This document shows positions 38,796 to 48,202 of a stretch of 64,000 nt of DNA, piece after piece. The notes under the pieces are model-generated. The model saw nothing but the letters and a program-made list of their open reading frames with translations, searched no databases and was not told where the DNA came from. The DNA comes from Patescibacteria group bacterium. GTDB lineage: Bacteria > Patescibacteriota > Minisyncoccia > Phycocordibacterales > UBA1006. Positions within the stretch are counted from its first letter, which is position 1, and the number at the start of each line of letters is the position of its first letter. The stretch covers positions 17,645-81,644 of the forward strand of contig JAQBQS010000007.1 of the NCBI GenBank assembly GCA_028286885.1, written 5' to 3'. Position numbers and translations under genes: made by a program.

Positions 38796-40661
38796 CTACT
38801 GAAGAGCCACAAAAGGAGTCATGTAACCATTCGTTCCCGGAACGAGTGAGCTTGCATACCCTGTCGCGTAATTCCCTGTAAACTGCGACGCGTTGATCGT
38901 AGAAAACGGAATATCGTAGAGGGCTGCCCGGTACTGATTGACCGCTGACGGAACAAACGAAGCCGTCAACATGAAGTTTCGCGTTGATCCCGGAGCGATA
39001 AAGAAGTTTCCATTTGAGTCCCCCGATACGACAGTCGTTGACGTAACAACGCCTGTGGCGCCGGTAGACACAAAGCCGTTTCCTGTATTGATCGTAAACT
39101 GGACATGATTTCGAGCCGACGTGTTATTCAACTGAAGAGCCGTCGCAGGAATGTACTGCGGGCATCCTGTTGATGTGACTACGAACGGAATCGTGAATGT
39201 TCCCACATTGTGAGTCGATCCTCCGCCTGCAACTGATGCAACAGCTGTCGGCGTTCCCCATGATGAAACATTGAGAATTGAGTTACAAGTCTGAACGGAT
39301 CCTGTATTTACGTATACATTTGATCCCGTTGATGATCCGGCAATTGATGATCCTGAAAGCAAATTGCCGTTGGCATCTGTCGCCTGAATCGTAGCGTTGG
39401 AAGCAGTTGATGTTGTTATGTGGACATATGATCCTGATGGAAAATTCACAGATCCAATCGGATTAAGATCTCCTTTGACTGTAAAGACTTTCGTGCTGCC
39501 GGCAGGAATCAAGAGATTGAAGTTACGGAATGTGATTATTTCCGTCCCGCTTCCCGTAGGAACTGTTTCGGCATCAAGCTGGTTTCCATTTGAATCGTAC
39601 AAGCGAAGAGTATTAACTCCGGCAGACGGAATATTAGTCGTAGCCAGCGTCAATCCGACAGGAAGGCTTCTAAGTGTTACGGATCCGCCTTGCGCCGTCG
39701 CGTCGATCACTGCAAGCTGAACATTGGTCGTATTAATTGTCGTGCTTCCTTGAACCGTATGATCGGGAAGATCGTTTGCATCCCGTGAAATTACAAGCGA
39801 TGAAGCTTGTGATCCGGTTGCATTGATCGTGAAAACGTTATCCGAGAAATCAGACGCATACATCCCTCCTGATTGAGGTGCTGATGATGCCAAGTAGATC
39901 TTAAAATTAGTTCCGTAATTCAAAGTCGTTCCGGCAGGAATCGTTCCCCACTGAGTAAGAGATGGGACGATGAACGTTGTCTGACCGCTATTGGCAAGAT
40001 TGAACCGAGGATATCCAAACGCCTGCTGACCAAGTCCGTTAGGATAATAAAAGATGCTTGCATTTACAGTACCTGTCACATTACAACTTCTCCACGTAAT
40101 GGTGATAGGCTGTCCCACCGTATATGTCTCGCCGCCGTTAGGCGTCAAAACCTGAACCTTCGGCGTATTGTTGAGGATGCAATCTCTTGTCCAGGAATCC
40201 ATAGCAGGTCCAGGGACCGGCGTTATTGTAGATCCGAGCGGTGCATGGATCGCAGGAGTTACGGTCGGCGCGACTGCCGCAGAAACCGATGCTGCCGGCG
40301 CGGACGCAAGCTGCGAGAGCTTGGCCTTGCTGTAATCTCCAAGAATGCCATCAGGTGTCAATCCGTTTGATCTCTGGAATGCCTGAATCGCCGACTGAGT
40401 TGCGACGTCAAGAACGCCCGATGCGCTTCCGGAATAATAGCCCAATTTTTTCAAGTTCGCTTGGTATGCCGCAACGTCAGGCGATGATGCGCCGAGCCCG
40501 AGCGAGTCCGCCTTCAATCCTGCAATTGCAGAACTTGAAACTTGCGACGACGAAAGTGTGGACATGGAGGATACAGATGACTTGATCGTCTGCGCGAATG
40601 CGACAGATCCGATCGCAAAGATCGCTACGGCAACAACTGCGACGAATAAGAATTTTTTCAT
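38796..40661 (-). CDS. Secreted peptidoglycan-binding surface protein with Ser/Thr-rich beta domains
   Basis: Signal peptide; PG-binding motif TQSAIQAFQRSNGLTPDGILG; VLTPNGGE..WRS. Start re-called at MKKFLF. Confidence 0.8.
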   Translation of the reverse strand: MKKFLFVAVVAVAIFAIGSVAFAQTIKSSVSSMSTLSSSQVSSSAIAGLKADSLGLGASSPDVAAYQANLKKLGYYSGSASGVLDVATQSAIQAFQRSNGLTPDGILGDYSKAKLSQLASAPAASVSAAVAPTVTPAIHAPLGSTITPVPGPAMDSWTRDCILNNTPKVQVLTPNGGETYTVGQPITITWRSCNVTGTVNASIFYYPNGLGQQAFGYPRFNLANSGQTTFIVPSLTQWGTIPAGTTLNYGTNFKIYLASSAPQSGGMYASDFSDNVFTINATGSQASSLVISRDANDLPDHTVQGSTTINTTNVQLAVIDATAQGGSVTLRSLPVGLTLATTNIPSAGVNTLRLYDSNGNQLDAETVPTGSGTEIITFRNFNLLIPAGSTKVFTVKGDLNPIGSVNFPSGSYVHITTSTASNATIQATDANGNLLSGSSIAGSSTGSNVYVNTGSVQTCNSILNVSSWGTPTAVASVAGGGSTHNVGTFTIPFVVTSTGCPQYIPATALQLNNTSARNHVQFTINTGNGFVSTGATGVVTSTTVVSGDSNGNFFIAPGSTRNFMLTASFVPSAVNQYRAALYDIPFSTINASQFTGNYATGYASSLVPGTNGYMTPFVALQ

Positions 40662-40777
40662 GAGTGAAGAAAGAGACACATTAAAATAATAAACATAAAC
40701 AGTATACCCCCCCCCCCGACGATTCACGCAATGTTCGCAATCCCCTTCTATACATAGGAAGGGTGATACGGGAAAAG

Positions 40778-40877
40778 AAAAAATGGCCACCTCTTTCGAG
40801 ATGACCACTTTGAACCTATGAATCCTTTAGCGCCCCTAGTAGCAGCGCAATATGATAGATGAACCTGTTTTCTTGGT
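40778..40877 (-). ncRNA. Putative small RNA, unit 3
   Basis: TTGCCT-16-TATATT promoter, ACCAAGAAAACAGGTT 5' motif, terminator TGGTCATCTC-GAAA-GAGGTGGCCA followed by a T-run. Confidence 0.55.
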
Positions 40878-41050
40878 AGGAATATAACACACCCTATTTT
40901 TTAGGCAAGCTTTTTAGAAAATAAACCTGGGGATAAACCCCCACACCAACATGGACCAATATTGGTGTGGGGGTAAAAAAACCGCCCCCCTCTTGGGAAC
41001 GGTTATCCTGTAAGCCTTTTGGGAGAAAGGAAAGGATCAGCGGAATTGAG

Positions 41051-41147
41051 AAAAAACAGCTGTTCCATGCGGACATGGAACAGCCCTCCTTTATAGAACA
41101 TCCAACCCGTTTCTTATTATGAAGAAAACTCAGCATGCTTTCTTGGT
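41051..41147 (-). ncRNA. Putative small RNA, unit 2
   Basis: TTGCGC-16-TATAAT promoter, ACCAAGAAAGCATGCT 5' motif, terminator GCTGTTCCATG-TCCG-CATGGAACAGC-TGT6. Confidence 0.6.
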
Positions 41148-41182
41148 CCAATTATAGCACCCTCAAAACCAGGCGCAAGCAA

Positions 41183-41261
41183 GAAAATAAGCCGACACTT
41201 TGGAGGAAGCGCCGACTTACTAAAACCCAATTTATGAAAAGTTCAAACATGTTTTCTTGGT
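41183..41261 (-). ncRNA. Putative small RNA, unit 1
   Basis: TTGCGC-17-TATAGT promoter, ACCAAGAAAACATGTT 5' motif, terminator TAAGTCGGCGCT..AGTGTCGGCTTA-TTTT. Confidence 0.6.
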
Positions 41262-41439
41262 GAGACTATAGCACTGCTGAAAAAGAAGCGCAAGAATAAA
41301 AACCGCCAACCCTCATTCGAGGCGATGGCGGCTATCTGCGTTCATACATTCCATGTATATCATATTTTTTCCTAAAAACAAGTCGGCCGGACGCAATAAA
41401 AAACCCGCTGCTTTCGCCGCGGGTTGTTGTGGGAAGTTT

Positions 41440-43566
41440 TTAATTTCTCACAATCTTTTGAACTGATATCGTCTTGTTATTCTCATCAGCGATCTGTACC
41501 AGATATATTCCCGAAGATTCATTTCTGAGATCAAGCGCGAACGTTCCTGTGTGAGTTTCGCTCATGATAGACCTTCCTGTCAGATCGACAATGGTTACCG
41601 TCGATTGTTTTGAATCAGAGAGGCCGACATGAATGAAATCAGCCGTTGGATTTGGATAAACCTTGATAGCGTCTGCGGCTACATCTTGGGTTCCTGTGGA
41701 GATTGCAGCTGGCGTTACAAAGTCTCTTCCATCTTGCATAGGATTGTCTCCGTTCATATCTTTGATTGTTGCACTCGCATAGTAGAGAGTGCTCGGATCG
41801 AGATATTGAGAAGGATAGTAATCATATGAGATATAGTCAGTTCCAATTGATATTGCTGCATAAGAATGAACTATTCCAGTTCCTTGCATAACATCAAGAT
41901 ACAACTTGCTTGGAGTTCCCTGGCCGTTTGCACGAACAGTGATCTTTACGCGCGAGTTTGAAGTATCAACCAAGATGTCCAAGATGATCGGCGACTGCGG
42001 AGCATTGGTGTACTGCTGCAAGCCTGTGCCAAACGCATATTGGTTGTCACCTGAAGTTGCAAACGGAGTAACCAAGTAGGTATGCCCTCCGATCAAACCT
42101 GTCAGCTGAGCCAACGCGTTCGTACCGCTTGAAGAAAAAATTCCATAGCTGCCAGTCGTATCGACTCCGCCTGCCGTCAAATCTTCAACGACAAACCTGA
42201 GCTTGTTGGTGTCTCCTGCGTTAACGTTCAGATGAACATTATGCGCTTCGAGCATTGACGAACTTGCCATCACGAGAGTTCCCCATGTTGGCGCATTCGG
42301 AACGCGCAGAGCTGGAAGCGGTAAAAGCGTAAATGTGATCTGCAGTGAATCCTTCAGTCCCAGGCTGTCCTCTACATAAATCCAAGCCGAGTTTTGAGCA
42401 GGACCGGGATTCAGATTAGTCAGCGTAAACGTCGGCATTTGCGTGCCTGTAAACCAAGTTCCCGTCTGAGTATGACTCACGCCATTCTTGTCAAGATTCT
42501 TGATTGAAACACGAGAGCGGCTTCCGTTCCATGTACCATGCGAGCTTGCCGTAACCGAGATCACGACAGAGCTTGTAGTTGGATTGAGCGTATCCCAGTT
42601 ATCAATCGTAGAAGGATTAATTTGAAGCGTTTGCGTTCCCGCAGTCTTCGCATTTGTTCCCCCACTGCTTCTTGCCGTAATGGTAACTGAGTAACCACTC
42701 GCTGTGCGCAAGTGTGTGTGATGATAAGACAACGTCGTATCGCCACCATACGCAACTGTTACAATCGGAGGATAATTAAATCCGCCAACTGAATCGGTGA
42801 GAACTTCCGTGATCGTGTCAGGACCGGAATTTCCGGATGTGATCCTCGTCGTAAAGATAAGGGAATCCTGAAATCTGGTAACGCTGATCGTGCCGACGCT
42901 CGCACCCGTAACCGAAGGGACGGTATAGTCAGGCACGCCCTCAGTATGATACTGAGGAATGCCCTGTACATATCCGACCACGGTTCCAAAGAGATCATTC
43001 GCCGTATACGTCCTACCCGCAACATTGTGGGTACCCGTAACATCGAAGAACGTGTCTGCAACGCCGACAAGATTGAGAAGTCCCGTTGCAGGTACGCCGC
43101 CATCTTGTTCAAATCCGACCTGCGCATGATAGCCGCCTGTCAGATTGTAGTGAAATCCAACTCTCGTAAAATTTACTCCTGGCGTCATCGTAATATAGGT
43201 GAATGCCATCGGCAAAATCTGCGGAGTATGGACTGTGACAAAAGGTGTCGTCGTATCGCTCACACCATTGGCAGTAGCAACCCACGCGATGCGGTAGTCG
43301 CTGTTCTGCTGCAAGCTGTCGAGCTTCTTATACGTTGCCGTACCGTTGCCGGAATATCCGATAGCAGGGGTGGCACGCAGGGTGTCACTGATCTTGCCAT
43401 AGATGAAATGTCCGGTATACGTTGCGGTATTGCCCGCTCCGGTTCTGATCGTCAGATACGTCGCGCGTACGGAATCCGTAGGCGGCGAGGCGATGATCGA
43501 ATAGACTTGCGCGTTTACAAACGCTACGAATGCCATCAAGATGGCCGTGAATACTGTTCTTTTCAT
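41440..43566 (-). CDS. Secreted beta-rich (FN3-like) protein with a T9SS type A C-terminal sorting domain
   Basis: Signal peptide ending VNA-Q; C-terminus IKVYPNPT...IVDLTGR...LDLRNESSGIYLVQI...QKIVRN. Confidence 0.88.
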   Translation of the reverse strand: MKRTVFTAILMAFVAFVNAQVYSIIASPPTDSVRATYLTIRTGAGNTATYTGHFIYGKISDTLRATPAIGYSGNGTATYKKLDSLQQNSDYRIAWVATANGVSDTTTPFVTVHTPQILPMAFTYITMTPGVNFTRVGFHYNLTGGYHAQVGFEQDGGVPATGLLNLVGVADTFFDVTGTHNVAGRTYTANDLFGTVVGYVQGIPQYHTEGVPDYTVPSVTGASVGTISVTRFQDSLIFTTRITSGNSGPDTITEVLTDSVGGFNYPPIVTVAYGGDTTLSYHHTHLRTASGYSVTITARSSGGTNAKTAGTQTLQINPSTIDNWDTLNPTTSSVVISVTASSHGTWNGSRSRVSIKNLDKNGVSHTQTGTWFTGTQMPTFTLTNLNPGPAQNSAWIYVEDSLGLKDSLQITFTLLPLPALRVPNAPTWGTLVMASSSMLEAHNVHLNVNAGDTNKLRFVVEDLTAGGVDTTGSYGIFSSSGTNALAQLTGLIGGHTYLVTPFATSGDNQYAFGTGLQQYTNAPQSPIILDILVDTSNSRVKITVRANGQGTPSKLYLDVMQGTGIVHSYAAISIGTDYISYDYYPSQYLDPSTLYYASATIKDMNGDNPMQDGRDFVTPAAISTGTQDVAADAIKVYPNPTADFIHVGLSDSKQSTVTIVDLTGRSIMSETHTGTFALDLRNESSGIYLVQIADENNKTISVQKIVRN

Positions 43567-43720
43567 TTGTATTGATTTGGTTTTTTGTTATTTTAATATA
43601 AAGGTATCTCTATATTACTATAGCATAGTTATAGGTCTTTTGTCAAGTAGCCAACAATCCCCTATTTGCAAGGTTTTAGGGCGTTTCCTCCCACCTTTTC
43701 CATCTGCTATACTTGTCCAC

Positions 43721-44524
43721 ATGGAACAAACAAACGCACCTCATAGCAATCACGAGACGCCTCACAACCCTCCGATTGTTCAGACACCTTCGACCAAAAA
43801 GTCATTTTTTGAAACCTATCAGAATTTCTTCGCGATTATCATCGTCGGAATCCTCATTCTCGCAGGCATCTTGATCGCCCACTTCACTGAAGGCGGCAAG
43901 GGTTCAACCTCACAGCAAGAAAATCAACCGCTCACACAGTCGCAGGTTCGTGACGGCCTGGTCAAGGTTGCAAAAGATTTAAAATTGGACAAGAAGGCAT
44001 TTGCAACATGTCTCGACAACGGCACGTACAAAAATCTGATCGCGTCCGATGTAAAACTCGCGCAGGATTCAGGAGTCCAGGGCACGCCGACATTCTTCAT
44101 CTTGAACCGAACACTGAACGCTGATGGATCAGTAAAATCGACAAAGCAGTTTGAAATTCTCGGCGCACGAGATGAGGCGACGTTTTTGAAGTCTGTTGCT
44201 GACGGCAAAGCTCCGGCCGACCAGCCTGAACAACCTGCGGGACAAAAAGTCGCTTTGTCTGACAGTGATCACTACATGGGACCGAAGGATGCGAAAGTTG
44301 TGATCGTCGAATATTCAGATATCGAATGTCCTTACTGCAAGGCCGAAAAGCCTGTTATCGATACCATCTTGAAAAATCATCCTGAATACGGATTCGTATA
44401 CCGACATTCTCCGATTGCTTCGCTCCATCCTTGGGCCGAGTACAAAGCCGAGGGATCCGAGTGTGCATTCGCACAGGGCGGAGACACAGCATTCTGGAAG
44501 TACTTGGATGAGACCGTTAAGTAG
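43721..44524 (+). CDS. Membrane-anchored DsbA-family oxidoreductase, circularly permuted
   Basis: GVQGTPTF precedes GPKDAKVVIVEYSDIECPYC. Start re-called at MEQTN. Confidence 0.85.
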   Translation: MEQTNAPHSNHETPHNPPIVQTPSTKKSFFETYQNFFAIIIVGILILAGILIAHFTEGGKGSTSQQENQPLTQSQVRDGLVKVAKDLKLDKKAFATCLDNGTYKNLIASDVKLAQDSGVQGTPTFFILNRTLNADGSVKSTKQFEILGARDEATFLKSVADGKAPADQPEQPAGQKVALSDSDHYMGPKDAKVVIVEYSDIECPYCKAEKPVIDTILKNHPEYGFVYRHSPIASLHPWAEYKAEGSECAFAQGGDTAFWKYLDETVK

Positions 44525-44537
44525 TAAGATTTTACAA

Positions 44538-44582
44538 AACAACAACGCGCGGCAGGCTTCGCCTGCCGCGCGTTGTTGTTTG
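44538..44582. terminator. Long perfect hairpin terminator
   Basis: AACAACAACGCGCGGCAGGC-TTC-GCCTGCCGCGCGTTGTTGTT. Confidence 0.75.
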
Positions 44583-44645
44583 ACAAATTTAATTTAAAAT
44601 GATAAAGTTTTTTGGAAATTGTATTGTTAACATAAATATAAAAAT

Positions 44646-45263
44646 ATGAGCGCAGCAGGCGGCGGAGCCGGACATAGAAAAACCAGCGAATCTACAGACA
44701 CATTTTGGGAAACCACAATGAACAAAGTCGAACATTTTAACGATCCTAAAACTACCGGCAAAATCGATTTCGTTACCACAGGCTACCCTGACCAAGAACT
44801 CGAAATTTACTTGGAGCCGGGACTACGGCCCGGAACGTTCTTCTCTGCTTCGTTCCGCCAAGAAGACATCGAACTTATGAAACAGTGCGGCATCAACTGG
44901 GTGATCGGAGTATGTACCATAGGAAAAACGGCAACCGGCCCAAATCCTCTTTATTGGTATCGCGATGAAATCCATAAAATTCTCGGCTTTCAGCCTGAAA
45001 TCGCCCATCTTTCGCAACTCCTCGATCGTGAAGTAAAAAAGAAGCTTTGGAACGGATGCCTGGCTTTCTTTGAAAAATGGTATGTAAATCAACGATATAT
45101 CTACCGCCAGCAGATTTTATGGAACGACATCAAAACCGACCTGGAGTGCGCACGCACCGTTTTTAATGAATTCAAGGAATGCGACGAAATGCATTTCCAA
45201 TTCTTTATCAGATATCTCGCGGGATATCTCGGCGAAAAAAATAAAAACATCGAAGGTGACTAA
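44646..45263 (+). CDS. Orphan hypothetical protein
   Basis: TTGACA promoter directly after the upstream hairpin, AT-rich leader, terminator. Confidence 0.6.
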   Translation: MSAAGGGAGHRKTSESTDTFWETTMNKVEHFNDPKTTGKIDFVTTGYPDQELEIYLEPGLRPGTFFSASFRQEDIELMKQCGINWVIGVCTIGKTATGPNPLYWYRDEIHKILGFQPEIAHLSQLLDREVKKKLWNGCLAFFEKWYVNQRYIYRQQILWNDIKTDLECARTVFNEFKECDEMHFQFFIRYLAGYLGEKNKNIEGD

Positions 45264-45363
45264 TCCTTCAAAACCCTTTCAAAATATGGAAGGGTTTTTT
45301 ATTTTGGATTTTCTTGAAAGTTTAACAAAAAAATCCCTCTGATATTCAAAGGGATTTGGTGTG

Positions 45364-45837
45364 TTATTTCGGCTTGCGTGTTACAGGTACGACCCAATCA
45401 TTCTTGATTGTGGTGGTTTCTTTTGGTGGTATATAACCTTGTTTTAAAAACCAATCCTTGTCCGACGCGAGTATTATTTCTGAGGTGAACCGATCGAAAT
45501 CGAAATCGATTTTTCCCTCGGATATGAGAATTATTATCCGACGAACGTATCTCTCGAGGGACAGCAGATAAAACTTTTCCTCGCTGCCTGGCCACCAAAC
45601 TTGGCCTGTTCTTGGCAATCTCGCCGATTGAAGCATGAGGTCGATTCTGCTTCGGCTGTTCCTGAGCTGCGTAACGAGGCATCCGATTTCGTGATACATC
45701 GCCTTGTCAGGATGTTCGTCCTTGAAAGGAAGAAGCATCTGCTGAAATTTTATGAGAGCAGGAATGATCAGCTCGGAATCGAGGAAGGTCTGCATCAAAT
45801 CGACTCTTAGTTCGATAGTATTATCTAATTTATTCAT
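45364..45837 (-). CDS. Orphan hypothetical protein
   Basis: TTGACT promoter at about 45884-45889 and an A-rich leader. Confidence 0.6.
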   Translation of the reverse strand: MNKLDNTIELRVDLMQTFLDSELIIPALIKFQQMLLPFKDEHPDKAMYHEIGCLVTQLRNSRSRIDLMLQSARLPRTGQVWWPGSEEKFYLLSLERYVRRIIILISEGKIDFDFDRFTSEIILASDKDWFLKQGYIPPKETTTIKNDWVVPVTRKPK

Positions 45838-45927
45838 ATTTTTTAGTGTTGTTTAGTTAAAACCTAACATGTAAATCCTGTTCAGTCAAATATTTTATTT
45901 CTGCCGTTTTTGATAGAATGAACAGGT

Positions 45928-46476
45928 ATGAACAAAACCACCCGTTATATTATCTTAGGAGCATTGGTAGTCATCTTCGTCGGATTGTTTGTCTGGTACA
46001 AGGCAACTCCCGGCAAGTACGACGCGCTCGCGACTTATCTGTCAGACTCAGGCGTAAAGATGTACGGAGCCTACTGGTGCCCACACTGCCAAGCAACGAA
46101 ACAAGCATTCGGAAAATCTGCAAGCAAACTTCCCTATGTTGAATGTTCAAACCAGGATCAGACACAGACCCAAGTTTGCATCGACCACAACATCGTCAGC
46201 TATCCGACATGGGACTTCCCGAATCCGATCATCCTTTCAAGCGGATCAAACGACAGCAATGTCGCATGTAAGGATCCTTACACAGCCGAACAACCTCAGT
46301 CTTGCCAAGGCGCAGCAGCTGGATCATTTGTCCTGACGGTCAACAACCGAGCATTTCTCACGCCGTCATCTGCAACGCTCCAGAACGGAGTCTGGACGCT
46401 TCCCGTCCACTCGCGAACGTCCGGCGAGGTGGAACCGGAGGTTCTCGGAACGCTTGCCGGATACAAAGGAAAATAA
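45928..46476 (+). CDS. Membrane-anchored thioredoxin-like protein
   Basis: MYGAYWCPHC, YVEC, YPTW. Confidence 0.85.
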   Translation: MNKTTRYIILGALVVIFVGLFVWYKATPGKYDALATYLSDSGVKMYGAYWCPHCQATKQAFGKSASKLPYVECSNQDQTQTQVCIDHNIVSYPTWDFPNPIILSSGSNDSNVACKDPYTAEQPQSCQGAAAGSFVLTVNNRAFLTPSSATLQNGVWTLPVHSRTSGEVEPEVLGTLAGYKGK

Positions 46477-46480
46477 ATCT

Positions 46481-47005
46481 ATGAGCGCTCTCTCTGTATT
46501 CAATACAATCACAGGAATTGGATCGATCATTATCATCCTAGGCGTTCTCTTGGTCATTGCGCTCGTCTTCCTCGGCGAGACTGATTCAAAGATTTTTAAA
46601 TGGATCAAGAAAAACGCTGCCGTTTTTACTTTCGTACTCGCACTCGGCGGAATGATCGGAAGCCTGATCTATTCCAACGTGTTCGGATTCGCTCCTTGCG
46701 AGTTCTGCTGGTCTATCCGCATTATGCTGTATCCGCAGGTCGTCATCTTCGGAGCGCACCTGTGGCGACGGGATGCAAATGCGTGGCTCGTCTCGACAAT
46801 TCTTTCGATCGTCGGACTCGGACTCTCCATTTACTTGGTACTCCTCCAAGCCGGCAAGATCGGAAACGACGCGGCATGCATCGCAGCCGGCGTATCATGC
46901 GCCAAAATCGACGTGATCATCTTCGGATGGCTCACGATACCGATCATGGTTCTGGTCTTCTTTGTCGGAATGCTTACGCTGTCGTATGTAGCACATAAAA
47001 AATAA
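46481..47005 (+). CDS. DsbB/BdbC-like disulfide bond formation protein
   Basis: SLIYS..FGFAPCEFCW..RI..YP, a second Cys pair, FGWLTIP. Confidence 0.88.
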   Translation: MSALSVFNTITGIGSIIIILGVLLVIALVFLGETDSKIFKWIKKNAAVFTFVLALGGMIGSLIYSNVFGFAPCEFCWSIRIMLYPQVVIFGAHLWRRDANAWLVSTILSIVGLGLSIYLVLLQAGKIGNDAACIAAGVSCAKIDVIIFGWLTIPIMVLVFFVGMLTLSYVAHKK

Positions 47006-47039
47006 ACAAGAAAAAAGCCGCACGGATGTGCGGCTTTGG

Positions 47040-47594
47040 TTATCTGGATAGATAATAGTTTCTCTTTCCGTTGGTTTCAACATAACCAATTCCTTTGTAT
47101 CCAGCTGCGACAAGGTCATTTAGAAAGCAACTTGCCTGGCAAGATGCCTGCGACATGAGCTTACTGTAGCCCTTGTCCCAATCGTAAGGCTTTTTGTCCG
47201 CTTTGGTAACGCAATACTCCTTGACGAAATCCGTGCGCACGCCGTCAGCTCCGACATCCTGGATGATGAGCGAGTCATCTTCCAAGTGGATGACCATTTG
47301 AACTAATGTATCCTTCCCGAAATGGAAGTTATAGTGGGTCAAGCAGCAGAGTGTTTTACCAACAACCAAAGAAAAAGAATTTTTCAGCCAAAGCGTATCT
47401 CTCTTATTAAGCGAAAGACCTTCGACTGTTTTCCTAAATGTAGCAATATCAGTCTTGCAGGAACCGCATGTCGCCGCTGGCTTGATGACGATGACGCCGT
47501 CACTGACGGAAAGACGTCCCGCAACCGAAGCGCTATCTTGAGCCTCCGTTCGCATTGCGAAAAAAGCCAGGGTTAGGATCAATAGTTGTTTCAT
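47040..47594 (-). CDS. Orphan secreted Cys-rich protein
   Basis: Signal peptide MKQLLILTLAFFAMRTEA-Q; TTGACA promoter at about 47640-47645. Confidence 0.65.
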   Translation of the reverse strand: MKQLLILTLAFFAMRTEAQDSASVAGRLSVSDGVIVIKPAATCGSCKTDIATFRKTVEGLSLNKRDTLWLKNSFSLVVGKTLCCLTHYNFHFGKDTLVQMVIHLEDDSLIIQDVGADGVRTDFVKEYCVTKADKKPYDWDKGYSKLMSQASCQASCFLNDLVAAGYKGIGYVETNGKRNYYLSR

Positions 47595-47664
47595 TTTTAT
47601 TAATTTGTTTCTAAATATAATATCATATTATTGATAGTATGTCAATAAAATCCCTCGCGGGATT

Positions 47665-48153
47665 TTATTGCTTATGAAATTCATACGACATCTCATTATA
47701 TTCCTTCGTTTCATACGCAACGATATTATCTGAATGCTCCAAAACAAATTCGGCGATTCCCGTATCAAGTGCGAGGCGCGAGCAGACCGTGCAGTACGGC
47801 TCGCCTGACGGCAGCAAGTTTCCTTGGTCGTCGATGCGGCCGAAATACAGGACGCTTCCCTTCAGATCATTTCCCTTCTTCAAACTATCGAGGATCGCGC
47901 GCCACTCCGCATGCATGCAGCACGTCCGATCGGACTTTGGTTTTTTTAGATGTTCCGGATACTCGCACGTGCATTTCGCATCGACAATATTATCATTCGG
48001 CGGCGCGTTGTAACCCTCGCCAATAATCATTCCATTTGAAACGATGACCGCCCCGCATTTGTCGCGTTTGCAAAGAGCCTTCATTGCAATCTTGGCAACT
48101 GATTCAAAATATTTGTGCGCTTGCGCGAGGTCACTGCCTTCGAGAATTCTCAT
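47665..48153 (-). CDS. Cytidine/dCMP deaminase family protein
   Basis: KCGAVIV..G.IIGEGYN, HAE, YCTVC. Confidence 0.85.
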   Translation of the reverse strand: MRILEGSDLAQAHKYFESVAKIAMKALCKRDKCGAVIVSNGMIIGEGYNAPPNDNIVDAKCTCEYPEHLKKPKSDRTCCMHAEWRAILDSLKKGNDLKGSVLYFGRIDDQGNLLPSGEPYCTVCSRLALDTGIAEFVLEHSDNIVAYETKEYNEMSYEFHKQ

Positions 48154-48202
48154 GGAAACATGATACCATGCCGGCATAAGAAAAAACCGCATCGCTGCGG
48201 CT

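Noticed and set aside
40707-40718. Poly-C/G tract as a phase-variation switch for the 38796-40661 promoter
   Set aside because: It lies next to the -10 TATACT, so it is plausible, but a single sequence gives no evidence of length variation.
40894-41151. 85-aa ORF in the intergenic array
   Set aside because: It runs through two terminator hairpins and has no protein-like features. The small-RNA reading explains the region better.
40852-41263. Plus-strand micro-peptides MIDEPVFLVGI, MKKTQHAFLVQL and MKSSNMFSW
   Set aside because: The shared motif is read in different frames, and the promoters and U-tracts point to the minus strand. Not fully excluded.
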